Positions 59,910 through 64,000 of a stretch of DNA of 64,000 nt are shown here, in pieces (the stretch's first letter is position 1; every line of letters begins with the position of its first letter). The notes under the pieces are model-generated. The model had not been told where the DNA came from and ran no database searches. It was given only the letters and a program-made list of their open reading frames with translations. The DNA is from a virus. The stretch is taken from the IMG/VR virus record IMGVR_UViG_3300034121_000940, positions 1-64,000 of that record. The stretch is one strand, 5' to 3'. The translations under genes and the position numbers were made by a program.

Positions 59910-60068
59910 TTACCTATTTTTAACTGTAAAATTTAATAAAGTAAAACAGTAAAAATCTCTACTTGCATCAATTTCAATACTAAACAAATCTAAACTAGAT
60001 AGTCTTACTTTAAGAATTAATTTATCCCATTGTTTATTTTTAGATACCCAATTATTTCTTAGTTTCAT
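59910..60068 (-). CDS. Small hypothetical protein (52 aa) coupled to the endolysin gene
   Basis: Manual translation MKLRNNWVSKNKQWDKLILKVRLSSLDLFSIEIDASRDFYCFTLLNFTVKNR; ATGA overlap with the endolysin stop. Confidence 0.55.
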   Translation of the reverse strand: MKLRNNWVSKNKQWDKLILKVRLSSLDLFSIEIDASRDFYCFTLLNFTVKNR

Positions 60069-60661
60069 ACTGGTTCAAATTCATTTAATAAGACGTAAGT
60101 AACTTTTTTTTGAGACTTTAACATTTTTACAAGAGCTAAATGTTTTTGTTTATTATTACAAACTTGACAACCAGCAGACCAAGTACCAATATTTTCTTGC
60201 TCACCTTTAAAAGAATCATCATAAGTAGCAGCATGAAAATTAATACCATAACCAGAACCTTTAATTGGAACTCCAATTTCTTCTGATTTGTTATCTCTAT
60301 CACCATCTCTAAAAATTATAAAATTACCAACTTGTTTTAATGCTGGCATTTTACCCATATGTAAACCATATTTCCATACATTATAATACCATTCATCAGC
60401 TTTAACAATAGCTGCACCTAATTTATTATATTTTAAAAAACCACCTTCTAAAACAGGTGTTCCTGGATTTGTTGTCCCTAATAAAACAGAATCAAACTTT
60501 TCACCTTTAAATATATAAAATTTATCATCAAATTTATTAGGTGCATCTTCATTTGATCTTACACCCAAAATCCAATAATCTTCAGGAATAGATTTATATG
60601 ATGGTAATGACTTTACTTTTGCAAGCAATTGCTTATCATTGTATGCTCTTACATTAATCAT
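60065..60661 (-). CDS. Putative endolysin with L,D-transpeptidase (YkuD)-like His/Cys catalytic motif
   Basis: TTNPG...GINFH...WSAGCQV; next to holin-like genes. Confidence 0.6.
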   Translation of the reverse strand: MINVRAYNDKQLLAKVKSLPSYKSIPEDYWILGVRSNEDAPNKFDDKFYIFKGEKFDSVLLGTTNPGTPVLEGGFLKYNKLGAAIVKADEWYYNVWKYGLHMGKMPALKQVGNFIIFRDGDRDNKSEEIGVPIKGSGYGINFHAATYDDSFKGEQENIGTWSAGCQVCNNKQKHLALVKMLKSQKKVTYVLLNEFEPV

Positions 60662-60671
60662 AAATTAGTTT

Positions 60672-60899
60672 TTAATGTTCTACTTGAGAATCTTCAACTG
60701 TAAACTGAGACATAGTTGCAATCAATCCACCTCCAAATGCTGCATATGTTCCTGCGGTAATGATGACTGCTGGTAATGCGATTGGTGCTGTAGCAATAAA
60801 TGTTCCTAATGCTGTCAAACCTAAACCTAGACTTTGTACTTTTTTCCAAAATTTAGGTGTTGGCGAAAACCATCTTTGTTTTAAAGTTAATCCTTCCAT
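60672..60899 (-). CDS. Putative holin (2 TM)
   Basis: RWFSPTPKFWKKVQ followed by two hydrophobic helices; directly upstream of the endolysin. Confidence 0.65.
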   Translation of the reverse strand: MEGLTLKQRWFSPTPKFWKKVQSLGLGLTALGTFIATAPIALPAVIITAGTYAAFGGGLIATMSQFTVEDSQVEH

Positions 60900-60901
60900 A
60901 A

Positions 60902-61210
60902 TTATACTGTTTTTGGTCTTTTAATTATTAACTCTCTTACTGCATCTGAAAGTTCACTAACATGCTTGGCAAGATTTTTAATTTCAAGCTGAGTCAACTC
61001 CTGAATAGCTTGATATTTTAATTGGTTTTCTTGTTGTACTAACTCAATTTTTCCTTTAAGTTTTCCAAGTTCTTCAGATGTTTTTGTATGATTATTTATT
61101 AATAGCTCAATGTCTTTTCTAGTATCATTGTAAGCTGTTCTTAAAAAGAAACCAAAAATTGTAATTATTGTTGCTGCAATAAATAATATAACTGTAAGCA
61201 TTTCATTCAT
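60902..61210 (-). CDS. Membrane-anchored coiled-coil protein (holin/antiholin/spanin-like)
   Basis: N-terminal TM segment LTVILFIAATIITIFGFFL followed by coiled coil. Confidence 0.55.
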   Translation of the reverse strand: MNEMLTVILFIAATIITIFGFFLRTAYNDTRKDIELLINNHTKTSEELGKLKGKIELVQQENQLKYQAIQELTQLEIKNLAKHVSELSDAVRELIIKRPKTV

Positions 61211-61229
61211 AATAAAAATTTTTATATAA

Positions 61230-61254
61230 TAATATACTAAAAAAATTCTACAAA
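61230..61254 (-). promoter_or_regulatory. Putative phage promoter (TTTTTAGTATATTA) for the lysis cassette
   Basis: Same TATATTA core (61230-61236) as five other intergenic sites. Confidence 0.5.
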
Positions 61255-61257
61255 CTA

Positions 61258-61500
61258 CTATAAATAGTACTCATTTCTTATCTGAATTGGAACATTGTCC
61301 ATCTCTTGAAACTTTTCAAATAAGATAGGTGTCTGAGTAATAGTTAATCCAGGTATTTCTTCTAATGCTTCTTGCTCATTAGGAAAAATAAAAAAGCTTG
61401 CTATGTAATCTGATATCTGTGAATCAGATGGTCTTAAACAAACATTAGCCTCTAAATCCGGCTCAATAAAATAACTTGTTGATAATGTAAACTGTTTCAT
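61258..61500 (-). CDS. Small acidic protein after the tail fibre (possible fibre assembly chaperone)
   Basis: 80 aa, 2 nt after the fibre stop; ends with tandem TAG TAG. Confidence 0.55.
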   Translation of the reverse strand: MKQFTLSTSYFIEPDLEANVCLRPSDSQISDYIASFFIFPNEQEALEEIPGLTITQTPILFEKFQEMDNVPIQIRNEYYL

Positions 61501-61502
61501 AA

Positions 61503-64000
61503 TTATAAAGAATAAACACCTAATCTATAAACATCAAATTGTCCTGAGTTATTAACTCCACCTCCGGATGTACCCATTGTTCTTACACCAAAGAAATTTA
61601 ATCCTACCGTTGATGCGGGTAGATTTGTATTTAATACACCTTGTGCAACAACACCAGTTTCTTTATTTACAATTCTATAAATAACATCTGTTGATCCAGG
61701 AGCATTGTATAAGTAACAAGAATAAATAGTAGTAATAGCGGCACCAGCAGTTCTGTTTGACGGGAATGAAGCACCTAAATCTGTTTTAGTTGCTGTACCT
61801 GAAGCATCATTATACATAATTTGCAAGTTAGCATCTCCTGAATCATTAGCAAAAGCTATGATGTTTGTTAGTGCAGATGGTTGATCATTATTACTACCAC
61901 CAATTGCTAAATCTGCTGTTGAAGAAGCTACTCCCCAAAAGTTATGTGTACCAGTAGCTGTAGCTGTATCTGAAATATTAAATTCACCAGTATATAAAAA
62001 ACCACCAGTAACATACCATAATAATACAGAACCTCTCATACCAGAATATCTACCAGTTGCTGTTATAGACGCTGTTACACCTAATCTAATACTTTTGGTA
62101 GCATATGAAGTTGTTCCTACAGAACGTGCTGTATTTGTACCACTTGTTGATAAAGTAATACCAGCAGTAGTATCAATAGTAGTTGAATTATTTCTAAAAG
62201 TTGCACCTCTCCAAATTTCATTACCTTGTAGTTTAGGAATTAACGATTCTTCATATACTGGTATATTTAATGTAGTTCCTGTAAGAGTTGCTGCACCACT
62301 TGTACCAGTATTTGTTACAGTTAATATATCACTAATTGTTTCTGCAGCTGTTCTATATTTTACAATACCATTATCACTTACTAAAATTTTACCAGTATTA
62401 GTAGTAGCATTTGCTACAGTAGATATTTTAACGTTACCATTAACTTCTAATTTGGCTGATGGTGTAGATGTACCAATACCAAGATCACCATTTGCTAACA
62501 TAGTCATTTTGATGTTACCAAAATTACTCCATCTAAATAAAGGTCTATTAACAACTTCTGAACTACCGATTCTTACATCATGGTTTAATAATGGTTCTGT
62601 ACCTGTATCATTTGTTCCATTACCAAAAAGATATAAAGCAATCTTATCACTTGCATTATAACCCTGCAATGTTGGAATAAAATTACTATCAACACCTGTA
62701 GCATTACTAATTCTAAAATAAGATGAATCATCACTTACATCAAATTGAGCAATAGTTTCACTATCACTAGGTATCTCTATACTTCTTACATGAAGCGGTG
62801 CTGTAGGATTAATAAGTCCGACACCTACTTTACCTAAATTATCAATTACAAATGGTGATGAATCTACATTGTTATTATCTTCTACTAAAAATGAATTAGC
62901 AGATGATGTATTATTAACATGTAGTCTAGCTGTTGGTGATGTAACTGTAGTACCAATACTTACATTACCTCCAGTTACTCTAACCGTTTCTTGTGATCCA
63001 TCAAATAATCTTATAAGAGGTCCTGAAATGATAGCCTGGTCTCCTTGAGCTCTAAAGTAATTATCATCGCCATACTTTAATTCTGACCAAGTTGCACTAT
63101 CAATTGTTAATTGAGCACTTATATCTTTTAATCTTACATTACCTAAAGTATCTAATTTATAAGCAGGTGTTGTGGTTCCAATACCAACATTGCCATTTTT
63201 AAGTAAATGAATTCCTGTGGTTAAATCATAACCAGTTGTTGATGATGAACTTCCTACAGTCCAATGAGAACTTATTAATGAAGAATTTAAACCGTATGTA
63301 CCAAAAAACACGGTACCATTTGTATCACTTGTTGATATTTTACTCACTCCAGTCCAACCACCGGTATTAAGTGAGCTCATATCTAAATTTGTTCCTGCAC
63401 CATAACTTCCAAACAAAATACCTCCAGCTGGTCCAAGTTTGTAAGTACCATCTACTTCTAATTTTTCTGTTGGTGTAGTTGTACCTATACCAATATTAGT
63501 TCCTGTATCAGTAATAATACCTTGTTTAATTATTTTTCCTGTTGTACCATCAAATACAGGTATAGTATTATTAATTGAACTTGCAGGACCAGTTACAGCA
63601 CCTACAATATTTTTTTGAATTACATTCCAGTATTGACCTACAGTAGCTTGATTACCAGACACAGTCCCATCTGTGTTACATATAATCATATCTCCTACTT
63701 CAACATCTATACCGCTTGCACCACCAATTTTACCAGCAACACTTGCAATATACATCCATCCGGCATCTGCTGCAGGATAATTAGGATTTGTAGAACAATC
63801 AATAGTTCCTTTATATACTAAAGCATTAGAATTACCTAATATATTGTCTGTATAAACTTTGACTGCATTCTGTGTTGGGTATAATGTATCTGATGTACCT
63901 AATGAAACATCAGTTGATTTATTTGCTTGATCTTCCGGAGTATATCCTAAAGCAGTAGCAACTGTAATTTCTTCTACAGAACCTGTTCCTGCTGTGGTTC
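61503..64000 (-). CDS. Tail fibre protein (5' end outside the window)
   Basis: Frame stays open from 63755 to the window edge (ALGYTPEDQANKST...YPTQNAVKVY); repeated GNVGIGTTTP-like motifs. Confidence 0.8.
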   Translation of the reverse strand, partial: TTAGTGSVEEITVATALGYTPEDQANKSTDVSLGTSDTLYPTQNAVKVYTDNILGNSNALVYKGTIDCSTNPNYPAADAGWMYIASVAGKIGGASGIDVEVGDMIICNTDGTVSGNQATVGQYWNVIQKNIVGAVTGPASSINNTIPVFDGTTGKIIKQGIITDTGTNIGIGTTTPTEKLEVDGTYKLGPAGGILFGSYGAGTNLDMSSLNTGGWTGVSKISTSDTNGTVFFGTYGLNSSLISSHWTVGSSSSTTGYDLTTGIHLLKNGNVGIGTTTPAYKLDTLGNVRLKDISAQLTIDSATWSELKYGDDNYFRAQGDQAIISGPLIRLFDGSQETVRVTGGNVSIGTTVTSPTARLHVNNTSSANSFLVEDNNNVDSSPFVIDNLGKVGVGLINPTAPLHVRSIEIPSDSETIAQFDVSDDSSYFRISNATGVDSNFIPTLQGYNASDKIALYLFGNGTNDTGTEPLLNHDVRIGSSEVVNRPLFRWSNFGNIKMTMLANGDLGIGTSTPSAKLEVNGNVKISTVANATTNTGKILVSDNGIVKYRTAAETISDILTVTNTGTSGAATLTGTTLNIPVYEESLIPKLQGNEIWRGATFRNNSTTIDTTAGITLSTSGTNTARSVGTTSYATKSIRLGVTASITATGRYSGMRGSVLLWYVTGGFLYTGEFNISDTATATGTHNFWGVASSTADLAIGGSNNDQPSALTNIIAFANDSGDANLQIMYNDASGTATKTDLGASFPSNRTAGAAITTIYSCYLYNAPGSTDVIYRIVNKETGVVAQGVLNTNLPASTVGLNFFGVRTMGTSGGGVNNSGQFDVYRLGVYSL

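Noticed and set aside
546-63821. Plus-strand ORFs and short nested minus-strand ORFs in the ORF track
   Set aside because: They are antisense or off-frame shadows of long minus-strand genes and show no recognisable motifs.
1-64000. Stop-codon reassignment (TAG or TGA), known in some Crassvirales
   Set aside because: Genes are long and intact in code 11. TAG (61258, tandem) and TGA (48187, 60065, 29162) act as real stops with coupled or separate downstream starts.
1-64000. CRISPR array, tRNA or rRNA genes, DGR reverse transcriptase
   Set aside because: No spaced direct repeats, cloverleaf-like segments or RT motifs were seen; intergenic gaps are all short.

Overview
This is a 64 kb, AT-rich segment of a large tailed phage with crAss-like (Crassvirales-type) gene order, probably infecting a Bacteroidota host such as a Flavobacterium. 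All credible genes are on the minus strand and read in standard code 11. In transcription order (right to left) the window holds: a truncated tail fibre; a lysis cassette; HU-like, winged-helix and PD-(D/E)xK genes; terminase; portal; a putative scaffold; the major capsid gene flanked by two free-standing homing endonucleases; nine small Lys-rich genes; a Dps-like ferritin; Cys-rich fibre/adhesin genes (collagen, vWA-like, SprB-like, triple Fib_succ_major); an IHF-like gene; tail ring and muzzle genes; and very large cargo/ejection proteins with zincin and nuclease domains. The strongest unexplained signal is a candidate small RNA at 29786-29864. Its hairpin loop (UUUGUUGGUUU) is exactly complementary to an AAACCAACAA leader placed just before three start codons. 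Also notable are a dispersed xxGG peptide motif linking the cargo proteins to the small basic proteins, and two apparent promoter classes, one carrying a TAAAY-N7-RTTTA palindrome. All family assignments come from motif recognition and synteny by eye; no database searches were run.
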